From the IMG/VR virus record IMGVR_UViG_3300009031_000221, positions 256,001-320,000 of that record: a stretch of DNA of 64,000 nt. One strand, written 5' to 3'. The position numbers and the translations under genes were made by a program. Origin of the DNA: a virus (taxonomy: Duplodnaviria; Caudoviricetes). The notes under the pieces were generated by a model. The model ran no database searches and had not been told where the DNA came from. It saw only the letters and a list, made by a program, of their open reading frames with translations. The stretch's first letter is position 1; each line of letters opens with the position of its first letter. Shown here piece by piece: positions 6,981 to 16,002 of this stretch.

Positions 6981-8726
6981 CTACTTCATCTTCAGTTTGA
7001 GCACCTTGTTGCCCTGGTATGCAACAAGGGATCCGGCATGCTTTGCCAGGATCATATCACTGGACAGGGCTTTGTCTTCCACCGTCTTGACGGACGGTGA
7101 CCCCTTACGTACGGAGAACATTTCGAGTTTGTCATCCTCGTTGAGGCAAATGCACACCCCGTTATCCAGTGTGACGAAGTTCAAGTCCATGAGGCTGCTA
7201 GGGACAACCCGCACGTCATAGGTGTCATCGGAATCGAACCGGAACACTTGACGATCGTACTTGCCTGCCTTTTCCGTAAGCACCATCAGGACGCCTTTGT
7301 CAAACTTGGCGTATACGATACGGAATCCGTCAAGTTCATTGACGCGAACCTGATGGGCGGATCCCGAATTCACGAACATGGAAACGTAAGTCGCCCCAAG
7401 CATGGATTGAATGGCCACGCCAGAGTACATATGCGTAGCGTGAGGCATGACATTTGCCACGGCCTTGGTAGATGCAATCACCTGTGCCCCAGCATCCGTC
7501 AGGATAACCTCATGGATCTGTTCATTCGTGCGGACGTAGATCCGACCGTCATAGGACATGGCATCTTTCACGTCCAAATCAAACGGGATTACCGCACGAT
7601 CGCTCAAGTTGTACAACATGAGCTTGGTTCCCTGTATCCCGCCAACCACCGCCCGATTGGCCTTATTGGTATGCCCACACACGGACACATGGCTAAATGG
7701 AACCGGGACAAGGCCATTGCCCAGATACACCTGGGTCGTTGTCGTCATGACGGGATTGCCCCCAGGAATCGTGCTGCCATACAACCCCGTAACAGGGAAC
7801 GGCAAGTCCCACAATTCCGAGATGTCGATGAGCGCTCCCATAATCGCTTTGACCGTCGGGACGAACATGATAACGCCCGTCATTCCCGCAGTGTGTGGGG
7901 GGATGCACCGCTTGCCCTGGACAAACATCGCTTCGTACCATTGCAGGTATTCACGGGGGATAGCGGTCAAGGGATAGGCGGAAGTTGGAACCCCAACTTC
8001 CGGATGCATGACTGAGATGTTCCCCTTCATGCGGCGCCGGGTGACGGCAAACGCATCATCATCCGGGTCTGTAGGAAGCTTGCCCCGGAATTCCGCTTTT
8101 GATCCGTGGTACTTGCCACGGTATGGATGGATGCCCATGAACATCTGGAAGGACAGGATGCCAAAGGAATACCAGTCCGACAGGGTCGTCCATTGGTGTC
8201 CCTGAACGGACCAATCCCGAATGGATTCCATGATTGCTTGTGTGGGGTAGCCCTTTGTCTGGTAGCTATCCACGTCGATGAAGAACACGTCATCGAACTT
8301 CTTGGGAACCATGAAGTTCATTTCGTTCAGGTCAACGATCAATGTGCCAGTTTGGTGAATGCCGTTGATGCTTTCCTGCATCTTGGCAACCAACTCAAGC
8401 ATCATGTCCTGGGTGATACCTTCCCGGTCACGGAAGGCACGCGGGAACAACTGGCATAGAGGATAACCCCCATCGATGAAACGCATCGTGTAGCCCACGA
8501 CAGCGCCCTTGGCGTCTACCAGCATGTCCTGTGGACGAATGACCCGGGGATCTTTGATGGCAGCAAGCTCATGGAACTTGCCAAGAGGGATCATCTTGGA
8601 AGGGTCGTGGTAGATCTTGTATGCCGTATGGCCCTTGACATAAACGGAACCTTCTCCCCCTTGGGCGAGGTAATCCTTTTGTGTCAAGTCAACGGTAATG
8701 CCTGACCCTTTGATGAATACCTTCAT
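6981..8726 (-). CDS. Ser/Thr kinase-like protein (YegI/TerY-P type) with C-terminal beta-rich region
   Basis: LAQGGEGSVY, AYKIY, H....IVDLNEMNF, FIDVDSYQ, SDWYSFGIL.FQ...GIHPY.G. Confidence 0.85.
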   Translation of the reverse strand: MKVFIKGSGITVDLTQKDYLAQGGEGSVYVKGHTAYKIYHDPSKMIPLGKFHELAAIKDPRVIRPQDMLVDAKGAVVGYTMRFIDGGYPLCQLFPRAFRDREGITQDMMLELVAKMQESINGIHQTGTLIVDLNEMNFMVPKKFDDVFFIDVDSYQTKGYPTQAIMESIRDWSVQGHQWTTLSDWYSFGILSFQMFMGIHPYRGKYHGSKAEFRGKLPTDPDDDAFAVTRRRMKGNISVMHPEVGVPTSAYPLTAIPREYLQWYEAMFVQGKRCIPPHTAGMTGVIMFVPTVKAIMGALIDISELWDLPFPVTGLYGSTIPGGNPVMTTTTQVYLGNGLVPVPFSHVSVCGHTNKANRAVVGGIQGTKLMLYNLSDRAVIPFDLDVKDAMSYDGRIYVRTNEQIHEVILTDAGAQVIASTKAVANVMPHATHMYSGVAIQSMLGATYVSMFVNSGSAHQVRVNELDGFRIVYAKFDKGVLMVLTEKAGKYDRQVFRFDSDDTYDVRVVPSSLMDLNFVTLDNGVCICLNEDDKLEMFSVRKGSPSVKTVEDKALSSDMILAKHAGSLVAYQGNKVLKLKMK

Positions 8727-8729
8727 GAT

Positions 8730-9011
8730 CTACTCCTCCAAATCGCCATTAGGGTCTTGAAGAGGGACTACCTCATCAAGGGCTCCCGCAAATGGGAGGG
8801 TGAGTTGCTTCGTTGGGATGTAATAGGTTGATCCCTCGCCGTAGTAGATATCCCAATCCTGATTGTTCCATCGAATATGAGGAGGAATGGGATCCTCGAA
8901 ATCTGCCCACTTGAAGATTCCTTGGCTGGAATCGACGAAAGGGATGTTATGCACATGCCAAGACATGACCAGTCCTTTCGCCCCGAAGACGCAAGTAAGC
9001 ATTGCGCTCAT
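8730..9011 (-). CDS. Hypothetical protein
   Basis: Short ORF in operon; start uncertain. Confidence 0.45.
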   Translation of the reverse strand: MSAMLTCVFGAKGLVMSWHVHNIPFVDSSQGIFKWADFEDPIPPHIRWNNQDWDIYYGEGSTYYIPTKQLTLPFAGALDEVVPLQDPNGDLEE

Positions 9012-9372
9012 CCTCGATCAATCCCGTATTCCAACCCTCGATACCCATGTTCCGATCGATGGTATCCTGTGCCGCCTTGGGCAGGGACTCATAGTTCAGA
9101 GGGCGGCGCAGGGCCAGTTCGAAACTCAGGTGGTACTTGGGCGGCTGTGCGAGCGGCAACGCATGCGTGATGGTGTCGTTGACGTTCATGCAAACCCCTT
9201 GGCCCATCGTCCCATTCTCGTTGACTTCCTGGGCAGACTCCGCACCGGTCTTGATCAGGGTAATCCAGGCAGGGTGATCATAGTTCGAGAAGACATCTCC
9301 CCAACCCTGAAACCAAGTGCCGATTGGAAGGTCTTTGAAATTCATGGCGTGACCCCTTGCTTGGATTTCCAT
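8947..9372 (-). CDS. Hypothetical protein
   Basis: ORF in operon; start probably 9345. Confidence 0.6.
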   Translation of the reverse strand: MEIQARGHAMNFKDLPIGTWFQGWGDVFSNYDHPAWITLIKTGAESAQEVNENGTMGQGVCMNVNDTITHALPLAQPPKYHLSFELALRRPLNYESLPKAAQDTIDRNMGIEGWNTGLIEDERNAYLRLRGERTGHVLACA

Positions 9373-9644
9373 TCATCTTTGGTAGGCAGTTGCGCCTTCA
9401 CATCATCCGTGAGTTCCCCGACAGATGTGATACGGTTGTAGCATGAAAATTCCGGCATTGGGTTTTCCGCTTCACATTCCGGGCATGTGAAGCATACCTC
9501 TCGCTTTTGCCATTTCCAGAAGAGGAACCCTCGCGGGGCCTGCACGACGTAGATGTCTTCAACAACCACTTCCAACAGGGAAGTGCAATGATGGCATAGC
9601 CATCGTTCTCGCCAAACCGTGTTTTTCCCGCCGATTACTCTCAT
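9342..9644 (-). CDS. Zn-ribbon hypothetical protein
   Basis: CHHC...CPEC; overlapping start and stop with neighbours. Confidence 0.6.
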   Translation of the reverse strand: MRVIGGKNTVWRERWLCHHCTSLLEVVVEDIYVVQAPRGFLFWKWQKREVCFTCPECEAENPMPEFSCYNRITSVGELTDDVKAQLPTKDEWKSKQGVTP

Positions 9645-10429
9645 GGGGTTTCCTCCGTTTCAATAAGGATTGCCCCGACTGAGAAATCATCGTAATGATC
9701 CCAGCCTTGGTTTTTGCAGTAGGAACCCAGGAACCGTTTGGCACGGCGTACCATGAATTCCCCCGCGTTTGATTGCACGGCAATCACTTGGGCCACGATG
9801 TCCTGAACTGAAACAGGGTCATGACCCTTGCGGAAGCTAACCATCCCATCCGTAGAAAGGACGGCAAGGTCGTATTCCGACTTATACAGGGACAAGGACA
9901 AACCATCCCGCGGCCTGCCTCGCTCTGTTGCGCCATTGGCATAGGTGATGATGGGTTGGTAATTGTCCAACTGCATGAAGGAGGCTTCTCGATCCAAGTC
10001 AATCATGTAGTTCGGGTAGAAAGGCGCACCGTTGGGGTACTCAACCTGAACGATTTCAACTTCCCCCGTCCGCCGGCGGCAAGCCAGCACGCCATCCCCA
10101 TACATATGAACTTGGATAGTATTTCCGTCAAAATGCTCATAGGCTACCAGGAGCGTTGCATCCAAGCAGTAGGAGGGCATGAGCATTGCCCCCGCCCAGG
10201 TTCGGGCTTGAGCAATGATGGATTCGATGTGGAAGGGGATGCCTTGGATGATGAAGTATTCCGCAGCCCGTACGAGGAAACGTGCCCCGATGTCCGTATC
10301 CTTGGAGGACGAACAACCATCGGACACAATGGCATAGGCACGCCCATCCTTGGTCTTGCCGGTACGGACGTAGTCCTGGCAAACCGTATGGGAAGAACCA
10401 ATTGCGAAGTATCCGTCAGCGTGCGTCAT
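9641..10429 (-). CDS. PP2C-like protein phosphatase (YegK type)
   Basis: G.SH.VCQDY, IVSDGCSSS, DATLL, GDG, LSTDG, DDFS. Confidence 0.88.
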   Translation of the reverse strand: MTHADGYFAIGSSHTVCQDYVRTGKTKDGRAYAIVSDGCSSSKDTDIGARFLVRAAEYFIIQGIPFHIESIIAQARTWAGAMLMPSYCLDATLLVAYEHFDGNTIQVHMYGDGVLACRRRTGEVEIVQVEYPNGAPFYPNYMIDLDREASFMQLDNYQPIITYANGATERGRPRDGLSLSLYKSEYDLAVLSTDGMVSFRKGHDPVSVQDIVAQVIAVQSNAGEFMVRRAKRFLGSYCKNQGWDHYDDFSVGAILIETEETP

Positions 10430-10604
10430 GATTATCCCCCTGCTTCTTTGCCTTCTCTTCATCGTAACGTTTCCGCAAATCCCTTGCATGTTGGCAATAT
10501 GGGCGTGCCCCGAAGGAATCGGTTTCCGGTTTCACATTGAAGTGCTGGCAAAGTTCCAGGTATTCTTCGGTATCATCTTCTACTACGGCTTGCCCACATG
10601 ACAT
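10416..10604 (-). CDS. Hypothetical protein
   Basis: Short ORF in operon. Confidence 0.5.
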   Translation of the reverse strand: MSCGQAVVEDDTEEYLELCQHFNVKPETDSFGARPYCQHARDLRKRYDEEKAKKQGDNHDAR

Positions 10605-10616
10605 GATGTTTTCCTA

Positions 10617-11339
10617 TTAGTCTGTGCCTTGGAACCCATGGCGAATCCGCCGCCGATCCCGGCTATTCCACTTAGCGATGTCGTTCAAAGCATCTTGGGC
10701 GCTTGCCATGTCCGCGAACAATGCTTCTTCGGCACCGTCATCGTTCCCGTCAATTCGGACTTTGACGGGCTGCTCAACCGATGGGTACAAGGACACGTCG
10801 ATCTTGTACAAGGACTGCTCATACTTGGATCGCTCAAAGGGCGTCATTTCAGACAACGCCTCCGTCAGCATTTCCTCGGTCAATTGTGACCCTTGGCACA
10901 CTGTATCGCCGATCTTGCACAGGAGGCGTGCCTTGTACTTCTCGCCGATCCGGTACGGCAAGTTGTAGAACGACGTTCGATTCCGTGCTACCGTATGCTG
11001 GATGTTTTGAGCGGTCGTGGGCAGGTCATACGGCACAAGGTCGTCCATCCCATCCCAGTCTTCGTAGTCGGTATGCCCTTCCGCGATGGTAATCTCCCGA
11101 CGACCTTTACGAACTGTGTACGTGCTGTAGTCGGTGATGCTGACGCGACCATAGTTGCCCGGCCAAGCCCCACCCGGAACCCATTCGCCTTCGGGGAACT
11201 GCAGCATCAGTATTGTGTCGCTATCCCTTTCGGTCTGACGATCGAGGTATTCCAGCAGCTTCCCATCCGTGAGTTCCTGGAGGAACTTCTCACGGTATGC
11301 CTGGGGGGTCATTAGGCGGTCATTTGGAAGGTTTCGCAT
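10617..11339 (-). CDS. Hypothetical protein
   Basis: 240-aa ORF in operon orientation. Confidence 0.7.
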   Translation of the reverse strand: MRNLPNDRLMTPQAYREKFLQELTDGKLLEYLDRQTERDSDTILMLQFPEGEWVPGGAWPGNYGRVSITDYSTYTVRKGRREITIAEGHTDYEDWDGMDDLVPYDLPTTAQNIQHTVARNRTSFYNLPYRIGEKYKARLLCKIGDTVCQGSQLTEEMLTEALSEMTPFERSKYEQSLYKIDVSLYPSVEQPVKVRIDGNDDGAEEALFADMASAQDALNDIAKWNSRDRRRIRHGFQGTD

Positions 11340-11340
11340 G

Positions 11341-11652
11341 CTAGGCCCCCTGAGTCACGCTGCCGACGATAGCGGGACGCCACTCAAGCAACTGCTCGCG
11401 GGTCAGCGAAACCGTCTTGCGATTCAGGCTGCCCACGCCAATGGTGACGATGAGCGGAGCCCGGTTGTTGTGGAGGTGCTTGTTGTCCGCACAAGCACGC
11501 TTGCGCTTCACGTCTCGTTCCTTGACGACGCCGCAGCGATGTCCGGTCTCCTTGGTCTGATAGCGGACGATATCGCCAGCCTTGATGTCCCGGAATTCCG
11601 TTTCGGACACGGGGAGCACTTTCTCAGTTGCGATGACGATACGGGCGTTCAT
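11341..11652 (-). CDS. Hypothetical protein
   Basis: Downstream of promoter motif at 11696. Confidence 0.6.
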   Translation of the reverse strand: MNARIVIATEKVLPVSETEFRDIKAGDIVRYQTKETGHRCGVVKERDVKRKRACADNKHLHNNRAPLIVTIGVGSLNRKTVSLTREQLLEWRPAIVGSVTQGA

Positions 11653-11695
11653 GGGATTCTCCAGGCAGGGATGTCGTTTGCCCCCTGCACACCCT

Positions 11696-11723
11696 ATCTA
11701 CGCTAGACTTTAGGAAAGTAAGT
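11696..11723 (-). promoter_or_regulatory. Phage promoter motif
   Basis: ACTTAC-TTTCCTAAAGTCTAG-CGTAGAT. Confidence 0.8.
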
Positions 11724-11724
11724 T

Positions 11725-12063
11725 CTAGGTCCAATGAATGACTGGGATGCCGTGAGTCCACTGTCCCACATTCGTATGATCCTTCTGGGTTGCTGTCCCG
11801 TCTACCACCCTATTGAACAATTCCTTCACCGGAGTGGGCGGGTCTACTACCACGTACTTGTTGGTGTTCGTAGCCGTTACCGTGGATACCGATGCAGTAG
11901 CTACCTGCTTGGTATAGACCACCCGGAGGCGTTGCAACTTCAGCTTTGGGCTAATTGCGAGTACGCGGTATAGAATCATTCCGTATTCAGCGGCAGTGTT
12001 GCCCTTGCCACCCGTAGCTACCCAGCTACCAGGATAGATCCCTTGTCCGATGAAGTCTTGCAT
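11725..12063 (-). CDS. Hypothetical protein
   Basis: GGAGA RBS, 112 aa. Confidence 0.65.
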   Translation of the reverse strand: MQDFIGQGIYPGSWVATGGKGNTAAEYGMILYRVLAISPKLKLQRLRVVYTKQVATASVSTVTATNTNKYVVVDPPTPVKELFNRVVDGTATQKDHTNVGQWTHGIPVIHWT

Positions 12064-12081
12064 GGGATCTCCTCAGTATCT

Positions 12082-12117
12082 CCCATGGGGAGGCTCATGG
12101 CTGAGCCTCCCCATGGG
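12082..12117. repeat. Perfect 16-bp inverted repeat (hairpin) downstream of the vWA gene
   Basis: CCCATGGGGAGGCTCA-TGGC-TGAGCCTCCCCATGGG; no U-tract. Confidence 0.85.
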
Positions 12118-12123
12118 GAAGTG

Positions 12124-12870
12124 CTAGAAGGTCAGGGACTGCGATCCGCCGCCAGTGCCCAGAGCCTTCGACTGGCTGCTCATGCTGAGCGAGATGAATC
12201 CGCCGACCTTGGCGAGGGTCTTCTCATCCGCGTCACCAATGGCAACGTACTGCTGGAATCCCGCCTCATCCTTGAAGGCCTGGAGGTAGGAGTTCAGGGA
12301 ACCCGTAGCGCCAACGCCGATGAGGACGGACATCAAGGACTCGAGGGCCTCCGAGTGCGTGGCCTCCGCGAATGCATCCTTGCACATCTTCGCCGTAGAC
12401 CGGGACATGTTGTCCTCGCCGTCCGTGATAACGAAGATGGCGGCATTCACGGTGTAATCGTGGGACGACAACTGCTTGCCGTACTCGATGCAGGAATGCA
12501 CCGCCTCGTAAACCGCATCGTACAGGCACGTGTACCCGCCGGGGACGCAGGAATCCACGTAGTCCAACTCGTTGCAGTTCGGCAACGGCTTGAACCCGTG
12601 ATACTCCTTGAGTTGCGTATCGAACGTCACAACGCGAAGCATCATGCTATCGGCACGCGGGTTGAGGCGGCACGCCTTCACGATCTCGGCGAGGGCGGAT
12701 TCCATCTGCTTGCGGTAGCCTGCAGTGGAACCGGAAACGTCCACAACCACAACGCCAAGGGTGTACATCTCCGCGCCAAGTGCTTTGATATCCGCAGCAG
12801 TGAACGCGAAGGTCGAACCCCCGATATTGTGTGTTGCCATTGCAACACTGTCATCAACAAACTTGGGCAT
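12124..12870 (-). CDS. vWA domain protein (TerY-like)
   Basis: MIDAS VDVSGST, GGYTCLYDAV, FVITDGEDN. Confidence 0.88.
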   Translation of the reverse strand: MPKFVDDSVAMATHNIGGSTFAFTAADIKALGAEMYTLGVVVVDVSGSTAGYRKQMESALAEIVKACRLNPRADSMMLRVVTFDTQLKEYHGFKPLPNCNELDYVDSCVPGGYTCLYDAVYEAVHSCIEYGKQLSSHDYTVNAAIFVITDGEDNMSRSTAKMCKDAFAEATHSEALESLMSVLIGVGATGSLNSYLQAFKDEAGFQQYVAIGDADEKTLAKVGGFISLSMSSQSKALGTGGGSQSLTF

Positions 12871-12941
12871 CTCTATTCTCCTTTCAATCATGTCCATAAG
12901 GCTTGGGGCAGAGCCTATCCCTACCCCAAGCCCTAGGAGAA

Positions 12942-13853
12942 CTAGGCCAGGAATTCAACCGTGGTGCTGGTCTTCATGCCCTTCTTGAGCATGTCCTGAA
13001 CGAACGCATCGCCGAGGAAATCGAACCCGCCCACGTTGGAAGTCGCATCCGTGAGGAGGACGAGCTTCTCAACGTACTTCGGGTTGCTGAAGCAGCTTGC
13101 GATGTCGCGGCCCGTGTTGGCAACGCAGTGCGAAAGCGCCTCGCCGCCCAAGGCGATGATGTCGGCCTCTTCCAGCGACGTGATCAGGTTGGTGTTGACC
13201 TGGGTCGAAGGGTCATTCGGATCAGGGACTTCCGCCTTGACTCCCGAAAAATGCTCCGTCCAGGGGTTGTTCCCCTTGACAACGTAGTTCACGCGGGCGA
13301 ACTGCTGGATCTCCCATTCGCACAGAGCCTTGGACAGTTCATCCACGATGCTCCAGCCCCAGGTACCGACAACGCAGTGGATCGGCCAAATGACGTGAGG
13401 GTAACGGCCCTTGAGCGCCAGCGCCTCCAGGTAGCCGAAGCTGCCCGTGCCCTTGTCCGAACCCGCCTTGCGAGCCGGGCCACCGCTATGCAGCATGGAC
13501 GGCAGGAAGGTCGTGTACTCCTCATCGGTGTAGACCGGGGCGCCCGTGCTGAAGTCGATCTTCACGATCCGCTTGCCGTCCGGGTGAATGCCCAAGGCGG
13601 TGAAGGGGGTCGGGAGGGCGCCATCACCCACGCGCTTCCACCAATTCGGGCGCTCGATGCCGATCGACTGGTGGGAGTCCAACGTGACGGTGATGTCATC
13701 GATGCGGGAGCCGAGGCGATTGATCATGGTGGCGAAGCGAGCGCAGTCCGCCGCAGCACCGGGAACAACCAAGGTTCCCTTGTTGCCATGACCGTCGTCA
13801 GCCACAACGAAATCCTTCTGAGGGTCAACGATAAAAACGTGCGTCTTCAACAT
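12942..13853 (-). CDS. pncA: Nicotinamidase-like cysteine hydrolase (isochorismatase family)
   Basis: IVDPQKDF, TLDSH, WPIHCV, VKG.N..TEHFS, GEALSHCV catalytic Cys. Confidence 0.8.
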   Translation of the reverse strand: MLKTHVFIVDPQKDFVVADDGHGNKGTLVVPGAAADCARFATMINRLGSRIDDITVTLDSHQSIGIERPNWWKRVGDGALPTPFTALGIHPDGKRIVKIDFSTGAPVYTDEEYTTFLPSMLHSGGPARKAGSDKGTGSFGYLEALALKGRYPHVIWPIHCVVGTWGWSIVDELSKALCEWEIQQFARVNYVVKGNNPWTEHFSGVKAEVPDPNDPSTQVNTNLITSLEEADIIALGGEALSHCVANTGRDIASCFSNPKYVEKLVLLTDATSNVGGFDFLGDAFVQDMLKKGMKTSTTVEFLA

Positions 13854-13904
13854 GGTATTTGTCCTTCTATCTATGTCCCCCGGAGGGGACTGTTGCTACC
13901 TGCT

Positions 13905-13932
13905 ATCTACGAGGATGTCCCGTAAAGTAAGC
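13905..13932 (-). promoter_or_regulatory. Phage promoter motif upstream of pncA-like gene
   Basis: GCTTAC-TTTACGGGACATCCT-CGTAGAT. Confidence 0.8.
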
Positions 13933-13937
13933 CTTGC

Positions 13938-15029
13938 CTAGATGCCGTAATCGGCGAAGTTGTCCGACAGGATGCCCTTCATAACCAGATCCGTACGGCA
14001 ACCCAACTGCGGGATGTTGGGATTGAGCTTGTGGCGGGTCTGCTTCTCGGCTTTGCGGGCACCCTTGAGCAGTGCCTCGAGTTGATCGTAGCCCAGCCCC
14101 GCATCCTTGAAAGCGTCACTGAAGACCGCACGACCCAACAAGTCCCGCATATCCTCCTGCGACAGGGTATCCCCGAACAGGACATCCTCGTTGGTCTTGC
14201 AATCCAGGATGATGTTCGAAACATTCTCATCCAGGAACCGGGCCACCCGCTCGATGGTGCCGATCTTGTAGACCTTGCCGGTGTCAGGATCGAGCTTGCC
14301 GTACGTGAACGCAGCGCCTGTCCAGTTCTTGATCTCCGACTCATCGTTGTGGGTGTCACCATTGCCCCACAGGTCCGCCGAAGGGATGGCACCGATGGTT
14401 TCCGCATAGGCAGCCTTGGCGCCCGTGTTGCCATTGTAGCCCTCAAGGGTTTCGCCCAGCTCGAAGCACAACTGGTAGACCTCGGCCTTCGAGAGCATCG
14501 CAATGGGGTTCGAATCCACTTCCCCATCGCCACCCTTCTGGTAGAAACGCAGGAAGCGATCCTCGCACTCGTTGCCCGTACCGTGACGAATGCCGCCACC
14601 CGTAATGCGGTTGTAGCCACGGCCAAGCGGGGCACGCAGGCACGAACGAACGCTACCCAGGATGGTCGGGTCGGCAGCGAGGCGGGCTTCAATCTCCGCC
14701 ATGTCGAATCCCGCCGCCTGCAAGGTGCGCTTGATCTCCGCAAGGATCGTGTTGTAGGACTCCGTGAAGTCGCCAACCGCCAACTTGCAACCCAAGGCAT
14801 TCGCAAGGCGAATCGCCCGGGCGGTCTGGACGGGATTGGAGTTGATGGCGAGGTGCGCCAACGTGACGTTCTCGGCACCCTGTGCAATCACGAGAAGTCC
14901 CGCCAAGGCAGCGGAATCGATGCCGCCGGACAAGTCCAACTCGGCACGCAAGATGCCCGCATCGGCATGCATCTTGCGAATGGCATGAACACGATTTTGC
15001 AATAGGGCTTTGGGATTCAAAACTGGCAT
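13938..15029 (-). CDS. nadE: NH3-dependent NAD+ synthetase
   Basis: LSGGIDSA PP-loop, N/S.R..LR, GTGNECE, FYQKGGDG, PIAMLSKAEVY, PSADLW; no glutaminase domain. Confidence 0.9.
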   Translation of the reverse strand: MPVLNPKALLQNRVHAIRKMHADAGILRAELDLSGGIDSAALAGLLVIAQGAENVTLAHLAINSNPVQTARAIRLANALGCKLAVGDFTESYNTILAEIKRTLQAAGFDMAEIEARLAADPTILGSVRSCLRAPLGRGYNRITGGGIRHGTGNECEDRFLRFYQKGGDGEVDSNPIAMLSKAEVYQLCFELGETLEGYNGNTGAKAAYAETIGAIPSADLWGNGDTHNDESEIKNWTGAAFTYGKLDPDTGKVYKIGTIERVARFLDENVSNIILDCKTNEDVLFGDTLSQEDMRDLLGRAVFSDAFKDAGLGYDQLEALLKGARKAEKQTRHKLNPNIPQLGCRTDLVMKGILSDNFADYGI

Positions 15030-15069
15030 GGGGCAATCTCCTTTTGTGTGGCGGTATTCGCCTTGTGTT

Positions 15070-15097
15070 AGCTACGCAGGCACTGGGAAAAGTAAGT
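15070..15097 (-). promoter_or_regulatory. Phage promoter motif upstream of nadE
   Basis: ACTTAC-TTTTCCCAGTGCCTG-CGTAGCT. Confidence 0.8.
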
Positions 15098-15990
15098 CAC
15101 ATAGGGTGTAATGTTTTCACCTGAATCAGGGCAGGAGCCAACTCCGCAGCTTTACGGGCATTCGGATGGCTATCGGTAACGATGATCTGGTCAATGCATG
15201 ACTTGCGGAATTTTTCAACCGCATTCCCTACGAAGACCCCGTGAGTTGCGGCGCACCTAACAGTCAAGGCACCGCGATCCTTGAAGGCCTGGGCTGCTTT
15301 GATCATCGATCCACCCGTAGCAATCATGTCATCAAAGATGACCACATTGCATCCATTTACGTTATCGCCAAGGACGTTCAGGATTTTGGTTTCCGAACCG
15401 GACAGGCGCTTCTTCTCGATGTGTGCAAATCCAACGCATGCAGCATCCGCCAACTTCTTGGCCTCATACACACCGCCATCGTCTACCGTGGCATATACGA
15501 GAGGGTGGACAGGCTGATCCATCCGGGTACTGCGAATCGCACGCTCGAGTAATGGACGGTAGATCAGGTTCTTCGTGACAACCGGGCCTTCAAAGTAGTG
15601 GAGGACGAGATCCTTGTGGAGTTCCACGAAGTACAACCGGACGCCAGGGAATACATTGCCCAGGCCCGACCATTGACGGGCTTGGAACTTCGCCAGTGCC
15701 GCAAATTCGCCGTCTACCCGTTCGGAACGGGCATGGCGGAAGTAGGTGTTGATCACAGAGAAACGATGTGGCCCTTGGCTGGCAATCTCATACGCCGCTG
15801 CCAAGAACAGTTCCGATGCTGCAGCCGAAGAACATTCGCCAATCAAGCAGATTTCGTCGTCAGGGGAGATCATCGGAATGGATACCGCATTCTCCCCATC
15901 CGGGAAGGTCTTGATGACAACCCGGTTGTCGTAGCCAATGTTAGCCCCATAAGGGATCGAATCCGGCATGTAGATATTACGCAGTGCCAT
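15097..15990 (-). CDS. prs: Ribose-phosphate pyrophosphokinase (PRPP synthetase) family
   Basis: FPDGE, YFRHARSER, VELH, D.GG, KKR, IFDDMIATGGS, ATHGVF. Confidence 0.88.
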   Translation of the reverse strand: MALRNIYMPDSIPYGANIGYDNRVVIKTFPDGENAVSIPMISPDDEICLIGECSSAAASELFLAAAYEIASQGPHRFSVINTYFRHARSERVDGEFAALAKFQARQWSGLGNVFPGVRLYFVELHKDLVLHYFEGPVVTKNLIYRPLLERAIRSTRMDQPVHPLVYATVDDGGVYEAKKLADAACVGFAHIEKKRLSGSETKILNVLGDNVNGCNVVIFDDMIATGGSMIKAAQAFKDRGALTVRCAATHGVFVGNAVEKFRKSCIDQIIVTDSHPNARKAAELAPALIQVKTLHPM

Positions 15991-16002
15991 GACGGTAGCT
16001 CC

